A stretch of 63,601 nt of DNA, the filler included, from Ionaspis alba (Eukaryota), in the NCBI GenBank assembly GCA_964255285.1. It is 5 parts of 5 records of this genome, joined end to end, with 100 filler letters (N's around TTAATTAATTAA, not from the genome) between each part and the next. Parts side by side here need not be neighbours in the genome. Positions count along the whole stretch, not along the records: positions 12,780 to 25,424 come from CAXUUL010000496.1; positions 25,525 to 38,161 come from CAXUUL010000497.1; 3 more parts are not named here. One strand, given 5' to 3'. Positions within the stretch are counted from its first letter, which is position 1, and every line of letters begins with the position of its first letter. This document shows, piece by piece, positions 24,552 through 38,261 of the stretch. The translations under genes and the position numbers were made by a program. Under the pieces are notes generated by a model that was not told where the DNA came from, searched no databases, and saw only the letters and a program-made list of their open reading frames with translations.

Positions 24552-25424
24552 GACTATGTAGCAAGTAGTTCCACCACCGCTTGGGAAACCAGCCGGAGGC
24601 TAGGACTTAGAAAGGCCTCGGTATGCTAAAGCAGAGGAAAAGATTGTGTATAGAGATAACAGTTCCACATGAGAGAACAGAAGGATGGACAAGAGGAGGT
24701 ATCTGCAGGAGGACGAAAGATCTCGCAGTCGAGTCTTCTCTAACGGCAGCAGAACGTATTTCAGACTTGAGGTTCTACCAAGAAAAAACTCAATTAGAAA
24801 TTGGAGCAGTGGCACAATGATCTGCAAAGACCGTCAGCCGGAAGAATCATCACCATTCCGTATTGGAAACATGATATTTGGAAGGAAGAGAAACGTCATC
24901 TCACACCAAGTCAGACAATGCCTGAGCAGAGGTCAAAATGAATAAGGCCTTCCGTTAAGGATCGTGGCTCTCAGGTTGAGATTTCATGCATAGGCGTATT
25001 TAGAGTTTTATGGCAAGCAATGTGATATGGGCCCGTAAGGGACGGCAGGACTTGTGAAGCTAAATTCTCACGCGTTTGTTCCGCACATACCGTACATACA
25101 AAGTGATTGCGACCTTACACTAACTGACAGCTGATATGTGACAGTAAAGCCATTGCGTCATAACACATCGTTTGGGGGCCGGCTGTCTCTATTCGCGCGA
25201 TTTGAGGGAGGATGGAGGAACGGCGGCTAGGTACAGTAGCCGAAATGCTGTCCGGGGCAACAGAGCAGTCCAGCATACCTATCATTTCAGCACCACCTCT
25301 TCCTTCGTGCACGGAAGTAGCAGTACGGTGAAATCCTCAATATTAATAATTAAACGCGCGGGGTTCCGCACAGGTCGATCAGGTTACTAACAGGCCGGGT
25401 AGATCGGTGCCGAACAGTCCGGTT

Positions 25425-25524
25425 NNNNNNNNNNNNNNNNNNNNNNNNNNNNNNNNNNNNNNNNNNNNTTAATTAATTAANNNNNNNNNNNNNNNNNNNN
25501 NNNNNNNNNNNNNNNNNNNNNNNN
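25425..25524. other. Artificial scaffold linker
   Basis: N44-TTAATTAATTAA-N44. Confidence 0.98.
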
Positions 25525-26454
25525 GAAGTCGGACCAGAACAGATTCCAAGAATCCGAATACTCTGGGATGAGCTTTAATGGGAAGCAATCAATTCAGAGT
25601 ATCGATTTGCATAGGTGTCGCAGCAGTCAGGTGTTAATGGCTGATGAAGAACACAGGATATCGATGGGAAGAACCAGTACGCTGCTATTATTTAGATTTG
25701 ATGTTTTGCTGGATAGGAAGTGGTTCTGTAACATGAGGGCACGTCTCTGATGACACGATGCCGGGAGCGAATCGAGAGCAGTAGTGTAACCTGAATAGAA
25801 AGCGTCTGTAAAATCCCAGTACTTAGAGTTGATGGTTCGTCGAGTATAAGCAATTCCGGAGCGTCAAGTCGCGTCGTCACGAAAGCAGGCTTCGGCAGTT
25901 GACGAATACCAACTGTATGAGATCAGTAAAGACACTGCAAACACCAGTATCCAGGGTTGATGCTTGGTAGGATGCGAAGCAGTTCTGGAATATTGAGATA
26001 CGTCCTCTCCTCTCGAATCCAGGTTTGGGTGTGGGAGGCCGATAAAGATCGGTATGGGGTGAAGAGCAGTGATATAAAGACAGCGAGAATATCTCGTAGA
26101 TTGCTGGTGTCTCTGTCAGATGCGCGACTAGATGGGTATTTATTCTGGAGTGTCAAGCTGCGTTTTCAAGAATCTGGTTTGTGCTGGTCGATAAGGTTGA
26201 TGAATGAAGTTTGAGCAAAAGACTCAAGACACGGAAGACCAGGAATATACCAGCTTGATGCTTCGGTGGATGAGACTCTGTTCGAGAATGTCTGGATGTG
26301 TCGAGTTGTGATGGAGAAAGTAGACTTGGGACTGAATATTCATTTATAGGACAATTTGTGGGATCGCATCGTCTCAACCAACGCTGTCTAACCACGTCGG
26401 GCGGCGCCGGGAAACCTTCATCGATCAGGTTGTGCCATTTAGCGCGAGTCCAAT

Positions 26455-28089
26455 TCAGAGCGGCACTTCGACACTTGCTAGAACTTCCTCTATCACCTGC
26501 TCTGGCGTAGTTCCTCCTAACAAGGCGGTGACAGCTGCTAGGTCGCTGCCATATTGCATGCTACGGTCTTGATCTGGAGATATGATTGAGATTCGATGTC
26601 TATATACCTTGCGTGTAGCGAGTGCCACCAAAGAAGGTGTCACAAAATCAAGTCCGTGGAGTGGAGCAAGGCACCTGAGCCGCTGTCAGCTTCAAGAGCG
26701 TGGTATAGCATGGACGAAGCACACTTGACCAGCAGATCGAAATGTTGGGTCGCGCGAGGAGAAACTCCACCAGCAACAGCTCGATGCAGCCTCAAAAAGG
26801 TGAGTATGTTATGTAGGTAACGCTTGACCTCAATGCTGATGCTCGTATTGGTGCCTAGGTTAGTTAGAATTTTGATATACTTCCCACGACGTCAGCAAAG
26901 CTTAGCACGGGGAGCAATTGGACAGGCACCTCTTGAGGAACTATAGGATTCAGAGACGATCCCTTTGCTACCGACTTATGGACAACAGAGGATTGAGACG
27001 CTTGATCGTCCTCAATCCATTCGGTGCCTTCTTCGAGGTTCGGAAAGCCATCCTCGGGATCATGATGATGACATATGAACATATGATCTGACTAGGAAGG
27101 GTTAGCAAAGTTCAGGAGGAGGGATATAGCAGGCGATTGACATACAAGGTGTTTGACTAGTCTGAGACCTGTGCCGGATATCAACGCTATGATAAGGAAG
27201 GGCTTTGGTGCTGTATATACGGCGGTGTGAGTAAACATTCGACGTGTACGCATGAGCTAACAATCCTCAGTAGAGTACCCATCTTCGTCTTCGAGAATAC
27301 GAGACCTCCAGTACTTGAATCTGAACTTGACGGCTGCTTAAGTTCAGGTCTTTGGCTACGATGACATTGGCCAATACTCGATCGTCCAAGGATTGCTCGA
27401 GCCGATAAGAGGAGCTCCTACGCTTGGGACTTGGACTCTAAGGATATTCAACTGTTAGCTTCTATGCATGATTATGTCTCAAGTGCAAGGCACAGTGTTA
27501 CAAGTATGCTATAACACATTGGTACGAAGGGGCGAAACACAATTTGACAAAACAAGCGGGACATAAACATTTCAACAATTCAATACAGTGATAGACCGAA
27601 GCTGTTTGATTCAATGAAGTCGCCTGGTGCGTTAGAAGTGTGTCGTTGGAACAGACAAGAGAATCAATATACATCTGGCTAATGGATGTTTGAGGAGGGC
27701 CTGGACGCCGAGTTCAAACATAGCGAACGGTATGGAAGGTGTAGCTGGCAGTTTGTTACCTTTGCAGGTACTTCATTTTGAAGAGACTGCTTGGAAACCA
27801 TTGCAGCATTTCGAAAGTCGTCCAGCGTGGTCCTCTCGGAGCACTGGATTACTGCAGCAGAGAGCCCAAAGGTGTTCGAGGCAATCTATGGCTGCCTTAG
27901 CCGCAGCTCAGATTGTGTGAACAATCGATACGGTACCAGCTGAAGCTCATCTCGAAGTCCGTCAAGGAAATCTTTGTCAGTCTGGATGATGCAGTGCTGG
28001 TTGGCTACCAGGCATAGAAGTGCCGCAAGCTCGACATCGCTCAGCTCCTGCACTTTCTGAACAACTCTTTGATTATCCATGGTCGCCAT
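26455..28089 (-). CDS. Conserved fungal protein with a degenerate MoxR/ChlI (Mg-chelatase-like) AAA-lid region, multi-exon
   Basis: Exons by manual splicing: VQELSDVELAALLCLVANQHCII; IASNTFGL...TTLDDF; ANVIVAKDL...VQIQVLE; FICHHHDPEDGFPNLE; FLRLHRAVAGGVSPRAT; FVTPSLVALATRKVYRHRI...DRSMQYGSDL. Confidence 0.65.
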
Positions 28090-28704
28090 GCATTCAACTA
28101 TCCTCAAGAACTTCGACGGTAGACACCATATCTGCTCATGTAGACCAAGATTGCTATTGGATACTTAGTTCTTTGGTGGCCATGAAGGTGATAGAGAGTC
28201 GAAGAGAAAGACTGTCGTTTAGATATCTGGCTTTGATCGCTTAAGTGTGGTCTTCGCCCTACAGCCCTGCGGGAAGCCTCTCTAGCACGGCACTTGACCA
28301 TGAGAAATGACAATTTTCTTGTCGCAGACCCTGCATCGAAAGTCGGTGTTAGTGAATTATCTTCTATCCAAGGTCGTGGCGGAGAGTTTGGGTGCTTCCC
28401 CTGATTGAACAGTTTCAATCCACCCTCAGGAGTTAGGCTCCCTCCTCAAGCAGTCAGTGTCCTCGGCAGATTAAATGCTTCTCTACGATTTGTGTCAAAA
28501 GCCTACGGTCGCGATTGTCTATCTTCATTCTAGCAAGCCCATTGAGCTCGTCTTTTAGTCCTAAATGCCCAATGAGGATCAAGCTCTGAGAAAGTGGACA
28601 ACAGCTTAGACAATGGAAGAGGACGCTGTTCCTTTACCCGAGGTAGGATGAAGTGGTTGAAGCCTTTACGATCTACATACAAGAGGCTACTGCAAGTATT
28701 CAAG

Positions 28705-29634
28705 ATGAATAGCCAGAAAAAAGTGGCCAACAAGGATATACTGCAGGCAATAGAAGATGCAAGTGCTGTGGGTGACCTGCAGGATGTCTTGAAGCTTTTC
28801 GGATGCTGGAAAGAAGCCAACAATGGCATACTTGTCAGAATTCTGGACCATCCTTTGATGATGAGTTGCATTTCGATCAGGCCCTCTTCAATGCCGCCGA
28901 GAACGACCATGCTGCTGTGGTGTCATTTCTCATGGAGCAAGGGATCAGAGCCTACGATTATGTAACTATGGGTGCCAACACTAGCAAGTCCAGGGATGTC
29001 TTTCAAGCGCTGCTGGATCACGGATGGAATATCAATACGATATTTACTACCCGCTATGGGAGCCATACTTCGTTAATGTGAGTTCTACACGAGCCCATAT
29101 GCTCAACCACCCTAAGATAACATCATTTTTGAAGCTCGTTGATCACACACGATAGCCTTGTAGGATGGCTTCTTGCCAATGGCGCAGATCCCAATATTCG
29201 ATCCAGTACTTGGGATACAGCTCTCGTGGTCGCTGCTCGCAAGGGCTCCGTAGACGTGATGCAGATGCTGCTGAGCTACGGAGCCGATGTCACAAGGAGC
29301 AGTGCTCTGCACCACGCCGTACAAGCCTACAAAGGAACCCCGAACCGCCTAGAGATTATGTCTCCTCTCCTGGACTATGGTGCACGCATTGACGCTATCG
29401 AAGACGAGTACAACCTGCCACGACCGAATCCTCGTCTCTTCCGTAATACAGGGACAGCTTTACATCGAGCAGTGGAGAAGAAGGACAAAGACAAGGTTCG
29501 CCTGTTGCTCCAACGAGGAGCTGATCGAGACGTGAGGAATCTGATTCATGAGGCTACGCCCCTGAATTGGGCCGAGTATGCCGGTTCTAGCGAGATCGCA
29601 GAAATCCTCCGCAATGAGTGGTATCCAAGGGTGA
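28705..29634 (+). CDS. Ankyrin-repeat protein, apparently frameshifted near 28830-28850; 3' end at gap
   Basis: ALFNAAENDHAAVVSFLMEQG, LLDHGWNIN, WLLANGADPN, TALVVAARKG, TALHRAVEK, TPLNWA. The N-terminal segment MNSQKK...WKEANN is in a different frame from the first ankyrin repeat. Confidence 0.75.
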
Positions 29635-30068
29635 GNNNNNNNNNNNNNNNNNNNNNNNNNNNNNNNNNNNNNNNNNNNNNNNNNNNNNNNNNNNNNNNNN
29701 NNNNNNNNNNNNNNNNNNNNNNNNNNNNNNNNNNNTTGATGCTCATACCTCTCTGCGGCACCCTGAATAACTTGCATGCGTTCCTGCCTGTGCTCTAATG
29801 AAGTCATGTCTTCAGCCATAGAAGCTTACGAATTTTGTAGGTGTGTGACAGATGACTTGCATGTCTGGGGTTTGCGGCAAAATATGGCTCAGTGCTCGAT
29901 CCTGGCGCCAGCTCAGCACAGCCTTTATTACTGGTATGGAATATCGCACTCAGCAAATTGTGGAGGTGTAGAATCTACTCCTCCGGATACATGTCAATAA
30001 AGTTGTCCTGCTAGGGACTTTTTATCTCTTGACGAAAGCTTCGACTGCTAGAAAAATCATCTGTCGAT

Positions 30069-32642
30069 ATGGAGAATGTGCGAAAGTCTATTCATTCTTA
30101 TCAAGTGTCTAGGATCTCGGCTGAAAGCTACGGGCATCAACATGAGGACAACGGCAGCTCCCCTCCTTCACCGATGCCTCAACAAACTCCAGCATATGAG
30201 CATGATACTCCCCTGCAACAACCTACAACTCCTTTGATTCCCCAGGATCAGGGGCACTGCGATCAACATGCAACTCAGAAGAAACTGGTCAAGCCTCCAT
30301 CCTCAGCAAAGCTACATCGCTCCGTTTATGTTCTATGCCTCGTTTTCCTTTACATGGCCCTGGCGCTTTTTGCCTGGATAGTTACTTGTATTCTTACGAT
30401 CCGACCCATTACAGCCAAGCACTATGGAGTATGGATCTGGACAGAGGATAACAATAATTATGGCTGGGGACCAGCAGAATCTCTCCGCCCCCTCTATCTC
30501 CAGAACGAGAGCTGGTTCCAAGCCGCAAGAGTCATGCAGTCCATTGTCAGTGTGTTAACAATTCCATTGACTACGGCAGTCTGCTCAAGTGCCGCTGTTA
30601 TTTTTACTCAACACAACCGAAGGGCTCCTGGGCTCAGTGTTAGGCAAGTGATGTCGTTGGCGGATAGAAGTTGGACAGACCCGGCGACATATACCAGAAC
30701 GATTTTGACTTCCAAGGGATGGAAAAGATATGGAAGCTCGTTCCTTTTGCTTGCAATGTTACTCCACATCCTCGGCAGCGTGATATCCCCTCTTCAAGAG
30801 GTGTTTCTCTCGTCGAAGACTATCAAAACACCAACATGGCCCCAGTATCCATCAACTTTACTTGATATTCCCGATCAATGGTCTCAGAAAAATCCTAGAG
30901 ACGACAAGCTTGTCGTACTTATAACTCGCAACGCTCTTATGACAGCAACTGCCACCCAGCCGCAGGCGCTGCTGTGGCAGAGCGCAAGCTTGAGCTGTGA
31001 TCCATCTGGTATTTATCCATCCACTGCCAACAAGTCGAGTGTTACATCCCAGGTGTGCGATAAAGCGGCCACTTTTGGCAATTTCAGCAAACTTATTGAT
31101 CCTTTCCTTGCAGAGCTGTCTTCTGGCTACAGCACAGGGCTCATCCGCCAGTTCATACCACGGATAAACTCGACGGCAAAGTATGAGACCGTAGCCGTCG
31201 GAGATTTTCCTAAAGATTGTAGCCGAAGACCCGGCGCTTTCTTCGTAAATTACAACAACGTCACTATGGTGGACAGTGTTAAGCGCACATGGGGCCTGCA
31301 AGCCTGCATGCCTAACGACCTTCGCCAGTCGCCATGGCAATCCACTCGAAACCGCCAGGATTTCTCCGAAGAACTCTACCTCCACATAAGCTGGAATACA
31401 GAGATAGCGGGATGGAATCAAGACACGCCTGCAGGAGGTTCGTTCTATAAAGTGACTGTCAATACAACAGCTGGGTACTTTGAGCTACCTAATTATATGA
31501 ATGGTCAAATTGCTGGTCCCTTACTGGCGTGGGATCCCGCCAACGTATGTGGAAACGACTGCGAGCCGGAAGGGTTTGTCCACGGATATTTTGATATCTT
31601 GTAAGCACACAACTGTTACAATATCCTCATCCCTCCATTTGGTTCTAGCACGCTGATGTGCTACAGTCCCCATGATGAACCAGATGATAAGACAGGCCGT
31701 AAACTCACCGCAGAAGACCCTGTCAGTCCTATTGCCCTCGAAAGTGTTTCCAATAAAGGGCCTCTTTTGACGGTCGCCATGGCACTGTTCGGTGAAGGAT
31801 CTTTCCTTGCGAATCATGTGGCTTGGCCACAAGTATACAATGCTTACAATGGTAATTCTTTGAGCGAGGATAGTAGTGCACCTAACAATAGCGGAGCCTG
31901 TTTTGATTTAGCACCGATGGGCTCTTTACTTCCTGGTTCGGCTAGCACGCCAACCGGAGGTCGTTCTTTCAACGCTATGAATTGCATCAGTAAAACCACA
32001 AGTGGACTTAACAATTCTAACACCGAGATAGAGATGGTCGGGTTCGTCAAAATGTTTCAGTACGGAGAAGAACTGTTGAGCAACGCCTTCACTGCTGCTG
32101 CATTTATTGCAAACCAGGCATGGATGTTTAACGCCGTCGAGCCAGGATCTCACACACTTTCTATTAAGTACGATCATGGCAGCGATAGCCAAGTTCCCGT
32201 CATCTCCAGAGCTGGCTTGATAATCATTTCCACCCTTCTAGGCTTGGATCTTCTCTCACTCCTCGTTATGGCTCTCTACGCCACCTTCTACCCGCGGTGG
32301 ACGAACCAGCTTGACGCCTTCACAATGATGAGACTGGGTGCTGCAATGGCAGACAAGGTACCATTGTTGATTGGACGGCGTACCGACAAGATCGAGGCGC
32401 TAGACGAAATACCTGGTTGGATTGGAGACACGGCACAAGAAGATGAAGAGATTGGCCATCTCGCGCTCGGAGCGCCAGTCATGGTCAATAAGAAGAGGAG
32501 ATATGAATGTTATAGTGGTGATCATGAGCCGCCGACCGCAAAGGAGATGAAGGCCTCAGAAGAGAAGCAGGGCAAATCCAAGCGGAAAAGAGTAAGAGGG
32601 GCTGGTGTCAAAGCATTAGATAGTATCGGTATTCGGATGTGA
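30069..32642 (+). CDS. Uncharacterised multi-pass membrane glycoprotein, 2 exons
   Basis: Long ORFs 30069-31604 and 31656-32642 separated by a GTAAGC...CTGAT...CAG intron. Three N-terminal hydrophobic helices, a large N-glycosylation-site/Cys-containing loop and one C-terminal helix. Confidence 0.75.
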
Positions 32643-33098
32643 ACAAAACACAGACATCCGTTCATAATACTGCTGACATTTGGAAACATTGCACTAATTT
32701 GAAAGAACAAATGCATGAATCAGCCTGATCATCTCTTCCGGGTTGCCTACGATTTGTAGGCGAATCTTGTCACCAAATCGTAGCCGACGCGCAATTGCCT
32801 CAATAGTTGCTTAAGGGGGTTTACCTCCAGGGTATTATGGGAGATGAGATTAGCTAGCCGCCGCTGGGGCTTCGCTTCTCGCCAGCTATTATTCTCGTCA
32901 TTATTAAGTAGCCCGCTTCGTAGGTGCTTGTTCTGACAGCCTGTATCCGAGCTTCCCACCGAACACCCGCCGATTCTCCTAGCAGATGAATAGGCTGCTG
33001 ATCGACATTCGTGTCGTTCATCGTCAACCTTCTTCTCTTCTTCGCAAGTAATTGGTTATGGAGGCTGCCTTGGTATTGACTTGAAGGCTCTCTTGATT

Positions 33099-35838
33099 AT
33101 GGCGAATGCTACGGCCGACTGGGAGAGGATCGGTGACCGCTTCTATAGAAAGGTCAAGCTTTATGATGCTGTTTTCGACCAAGATTTAGAACTCGAGAAT
33201 TATATCATTGCTGGAGCTCCGTACAGTGGTGCCGTTGGTGCGCTGAATCCAAAATTTTGGAAGAATGAAAGCTGTGCTGATCTCTCCAGCCCTTTACCGT
33301 GATGAAGCAAAACTACATGCCTATCGAGGCTCGCAAGCAGCTAAGTCGAGTATCGACGTCTACAGCTGTGCTGGAAAGCTCATCCGGAGAATTAATGTGA
33401 GACTCCTGTATTGAAGTATTGGTTCAGTACTCGTCTCTGATGCTTTCAGTGGGAGAAAGGATCTATACGTGGACTGGGCTGGTCCGAAGATGAAAAACTC
33501 CTTGTGATTACGGAAGATGGCACAGTCCGTTGTTACTATGACCTGCAAGGAGACTTTACCCAATTTTCTCTGGGACATGTGAGCAAGAATTTCGGGGCAA
33601 CATCTTAGTCCTTCTGACTGAAGAAGCGTTAGGGTGCAGAAGAGCTTGGTGTGAAGGCTTGCCGTTTCTGGTCAACAGGATTTGTTGCATTGTTGTCCAA
33701 TAATCATCTTATAGCCGTTACTCAGTACATCGAACCACGACCTAAACTATTGGCCATACCGCCAGAGGAGACAGTACACTCTTGGAGTCTAATCCCTCCA
33801 GCGTACACCCTGTCGCGATCGGTTGAAGTGCTCCTTGCCATCGGTCAGACCATATTTGTGGTGGACACCTCGGAATCCGAAGACAGGATTTTGCAGAATG
33901 GTCCATTCAAGCACATCAGTGTCTCTCCAAACGGAAGCTTTGTCACTCTGTATACAGAAGACGGCAAGGTTTGGGTAATCAGCAGTGACTTTCAGAACAA
34001 ACTCAGCGAGTACGATTCGAAGGCCAAAACTTTACCTAAGGATGTCCAGTGGTGTGGGAACAACTCTGTTGTACTAGCATGGGAAGATGAGGTTCACATG
34101 GTTGGACCAAACGGCGCTGCTCTCAAGTGAGCTGCTGGTTCCGCCCTTGCGGAACTTGCTGACACCATCGCAGGTATTTCTATGATGGTTGGGTACATCT
34201 ATTAGCAGATATCGATGGCGTTCGATTGATCACCAACGATGTTTGTGAATTCTTGCAGAAGGTCCCTGGTAGGCTTTTCATGCTACTGCTAAGACAAGTA
34301 CAAAGATTGACTGCTTTACAGAGGATACGGAAGAAATCTTCAAGCTCGGTTCTACCGCTCCAGCTTCCGTATTATTGGATGCAGTGGACCAGCTGGAGAA
34401 GAAGTCACCAAAAGCAGATGACAATATCCAACTAATACGTCCAAATCTGGACGAAGCGATTGACATGTGTGTTCGAGCTGCAGGTCAAGAATATAGCACA
34501 CACTGGCAAAAGCGGCTTCTCAAAGCAGCATCCTTCGGCAAATCAGTGCTCGATCTTTATAATAGTGACGAGTTTGTCAATATGTGCGAGACTCTGAGAG
34601 TGCTCAATGCTATTCGAGATTATCGAATCGGACTCCCGATGTCATATGAGCAGTATCTACGCCTCACACCCGCAAAGCTCATCCAAAGACTCCTGAATCG
34701 CCGAGAATATCTCTTAGCTATTCGAGTGTCCGAATACCTCCATCTCTCCACAGACAAGATCTACGTCCACTGGGCCTCCCAAAAAGTTCGCACTTCTTCT
34801 GCCGACGAAGACAGCATCTGCAACACGGTCGTAAACAAACTAGCTGGTAAACATGGTATTTCTTTCGAAGCTATCGCTCGCTCTGCATACGACGAAGGCC
34901 GGGGTCACCTCGCCACGCAACTCCTCAACCACGAACCCCGCGCTGGAAAACAAGTCCCGTTGCTACTGTCTATGGAGGAAGATAGTATTGCACTAGACAA
35001 GGCAATAGAGAGTGGAGATACCGATCTCGTCTTCTTTGTCCTCCTACAACTCAAGGCTAAACTTCCTCTGGCATCCTTCTTCCGCCTTCTCAGCACACGC
35101 CCTCTCGCGTCTTCCCTTGTCGAGTCCTCCGCAGCGGCTAATGATACTACTCTTCTCAAAGACCTCTACTACCAGGACGATCGTCTCGTCCCTTCCTCGA
35201 ATCTTCTTTTCGCATCCGCTCTGACCCAACCTACTCTACCACAGAAGATCGACAAGCTGAAGCTCGCTGGAAAAATGCTCTCCGAGTCCAAAGACCCAAA
35301 CGCAACGTTTCACCAGAAAGCCATTCAGGAAATTCAACAGTTACTTCGTGTTCAGGAAGCTCTGTCGAGAGACCTCGACTCTTCATATGTTGGCCTTAGC
35401 CTGTATACCACACTCCACACTCTCATCCGAACCGGCTACAGCAAGCGTGCCACTAAGCTGCAATCCGATTTCCACCTCTCAGACAAATCCTTTGGCTGGA
35501 TCCGATTGCGCGCACTCGTTGCAGCACGCAACTGGGGTGAGCTGGAAGAACTCTCCAAAGCACGTAAGAGTGCTATTGGCTGGGAGCCTTATTTCAATGA
35601 GGTTCTGGGCGCGGGAAATACAAAACTTGCAGGAGCATTCGTGGCTAAGTGTACAGCGATGACGGCGCAGGAGCGGAGCGAAATGTGGGTCAAGTGTGGA
35701 ATGGTGGAGAGGGGAGGAGATGAGCTGGTGAAAGTAAAGGATTTGAATGGGTTGGAGGAGTTAAGGGCGAAGACTAGCGATCGGGCGGCACAGGTGGAGC
35801 TGGATAGGATGATCAGAGGATTGAAACCAAAGAGATGA
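33099..35838 (+). CDS. VPS16: Vacuolar protein sorting protein 16 (HOPS/CORVET), multi-exon
   Basis: MANATADWERIGDRFYRK, GAPYSGA, WCGNNSVVLAW, AASFGKS, LRVLNAIR, LDKAIESGDTDL, KSAIGWEPYF. Confidence 0.96.
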
Positions 35839-36008
35839 GGCAAGGAGAAAGATATCTTTTTAATCCGTTGTACTTTGCATTCGTATGAAGGAGCCTGTTG
35901 CGCGCCTGACGCCTATGCTATCCTCGCTTTCAAGAAGTAATCATCGATCTCTACAGAAGACTCATGTTGTCGTCACTTTTCTCCGATCCTATTCCATCAC
36001 GACCTCTT

Positions 36009-37965
36009 CTAGTTGACTCTCACTTCTCCGAGTGGTACCTTCCTCCCTCTCACCCCCGTCCCAGTCCCAATTCCAAACCTCTCATGATCATCCGCTACCT
36101 TCCGTCTGAACAGTCCAAGATCCTTCAACAACTCCTCCATCTTCGTCTGCATTTCCACCGCCTCCTCCCCGATACCAGTCTCATCCGCCACCTCCTCAGC
36201 CTCCATCTCCGGCGTTTTCGCCCGCAGGTTCTCCTTTTCCTCTTCCTTGTCCTCGACATGCCCTTTCTCGCTCCTAACACTGAATCCGCTGAAATTCCTC
36301 GCCTCATTGGCTGAGGGCGCTGCGACAGCTGGAATTGGATTCCTGAGGCTTTCCACTGCAAGCTTGAGATGCAACCTCAGCGCCTCGTTCTGCTCCATCA
36401 GCTGCCTTATCTTGCTCTCTCCCACTAACCTCTCCTCCTCCATAAGCCTCTGCATCCGTTCAACCTTGATCTGATACTCCTCGAGCTTTTCGTCGCGCTG
36501 TCCAACTCCCAGTGGACCGTGATGGTACGTGCTTACTTTATGCGCTTTCTGGTTGTCGTTCGCCGCTTGATTGGCCAAAGATACTTGGATCTGCAGCTCA
36601 CGGATTGTGTTCTGCATCTCTGCGATCTGGGCGTCCCGCTCAGCAGCTGAGACGGAGTCCTGGTTGACAATAGCACGCGTGCGAATCCGTTTGGCTTGGT
36701 CGGCGTAGCGAAGTGTAGACAGTGTTTCGTCGTAGTCTGAGGGCGCGATGCAGGCGATCATGGCGGTCTTGCTGTTTCCACCCAGGGAGTCCTTAAGCAG
36801 CCAGGTCAAGATCGAGTCTCGGTAGGGAACAATATCCTTCGTACGGGCTTTGGTGCCAATGGGCCGGCTGTGGCGTGGGTCGGCGAGGGCGGCAATCACA
36901 CGGCCAAGGGTCGTGAGGGATTTGTTGATGTTGCTGCCTTCGCGGAGGCGGGCCCCGGTTGCTTCCGTGGCTTTTGCGCGCTCGGAGCCAGCGAGATCGA
37001 CGAGGCGGATGCGCGCGAGGCGTTCCGTTGTGGAGTCTGTGGAGAGGTCGTGGTGGATTTGCTTGAGCATGATGGTGAAGACGGCGTGGGAGCGGGAGGA
37101 GGTGTCGTTCATTTTTGTGGAGGCGGTTGTGCGCGAAGCGTCGCCGAGGCGCATATAGCGAAGGAGTTCGGGATAATTCTTGACCGGCAGGTCGGTCAGG
37201 TCTTTAATGTAGGGTCCTTCGACAGGGTGTTCGCGGATTTTGAGGTAGTAGGGATTGGACGCATTGGAAGAGTGGGAGGGCACGAGGAGGTCGCGGACGT
37301 GCTCATTGTAGACTTCGAAGTACGAGACTCGAACGGTATAGGAGATGTGTGGGGAGGTGCTGGCTTCGATGCGCTGGAAAAGGTCTTCGCAGGTTCGGGG
37401 GATCAGGCCGGGTTGGGTTGGTGTACCCATCATCGTGTATGATTTGCCGGAGCCGGTCTGGCCGTACGCAAAGATGCAGGTGTGATAACCTTCGAAGTTG
37501 TGGTCGAGGAATTCTTCTCCGAGCGCATTATAGATGTCTTCTTGATGGGCGTAGTGCTCGTCGTCGGTGTTATGAGACCAGAAAGAGTTGTCGAATGTGA
37601 AGTTCTTTTCTTCGATGACTCTGCGACTCTGAGAACGAGAATTGGCTGGGTCGTCGGTATTTGGAATGAGAAGTTTCGTTCCCTGGGTTTGAGGATCCAT
37701 CTCGATCAAGCACTCTGCTCCTCTTGTGATCTCTGCAGCGCAAGTCAGTAAACAGCTTTTTGAACTGCTAGCAGTATCCCATACCTCGTGGCAGGAATCC
37801 CCTAACCCGTACCACAACCCTGACATTTCCTCCCCCACTGTCCGGTGTGCTTCTCCCCATGGTGATTATCTCCGATTCCCTCGAGCGCAAGGACGGCGAC
37901 GAGGCGGATGATTTTGGTCTAATTTGACCAGCAACACCAGGAAAGGCTCTGGCATCAAGCGCCAT
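36009..37965 (-). CDS. Short fungal kinesin-3 (UncB/NcKin3-type: motor and coiled coil, no FHA or PH domain); start could be 38031, 37965 or 37860
   Basis: NVRVVVRVR, FTFDNSFWSH, FAYGQTGSGKSYTM, NDTSSRSHAVF, LVDLAGSER, VPYRDSILTWLLKDSLGGNSKT, ETLSTLRYADQAKRI, short tail. One intron at ~37735-37784. Confidence 0.92.
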
Positions 37966-38161
37966 GTCTTGGAAGAGCTCTTGTACACCGTGGATGATCT
38001 CTCTGTACCTCAGAAGCTGAGAAGCATACATTCATTCTGGTCCGTCGTCATGAATTGGGAAAGTAAACAACGATCGGCAACAAGGTTTGGTTTGTTTGTA
38101 AAGCTTATCTGGCTAGCGAACGCGATTTCCGCGTGTTAAGGCTGAGCCCTATTTTTGGATG

Positions 38162-38261
38162 NNNNNNNNNNNNNNNNNNNNNNNNNNNNNNNNNNNNNNN
38201 NNNNNTTAATTAATTAANNNNNNNNNNNNNNNNNNNNNNNNNNNNNNNNNNNNNNNNNNNN
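38162..38261. other. Artificial scaffold linker
   Basis: N44-TTAATTAATTAA-N44. Confidence 0.98.

Noticed and set aside
25525..26400. Several short ORFs at the start of scaffold 3
   Set aside because: No coherent spliced product; more like a long UTR or promoter of a gene beyond the scaffold edge.
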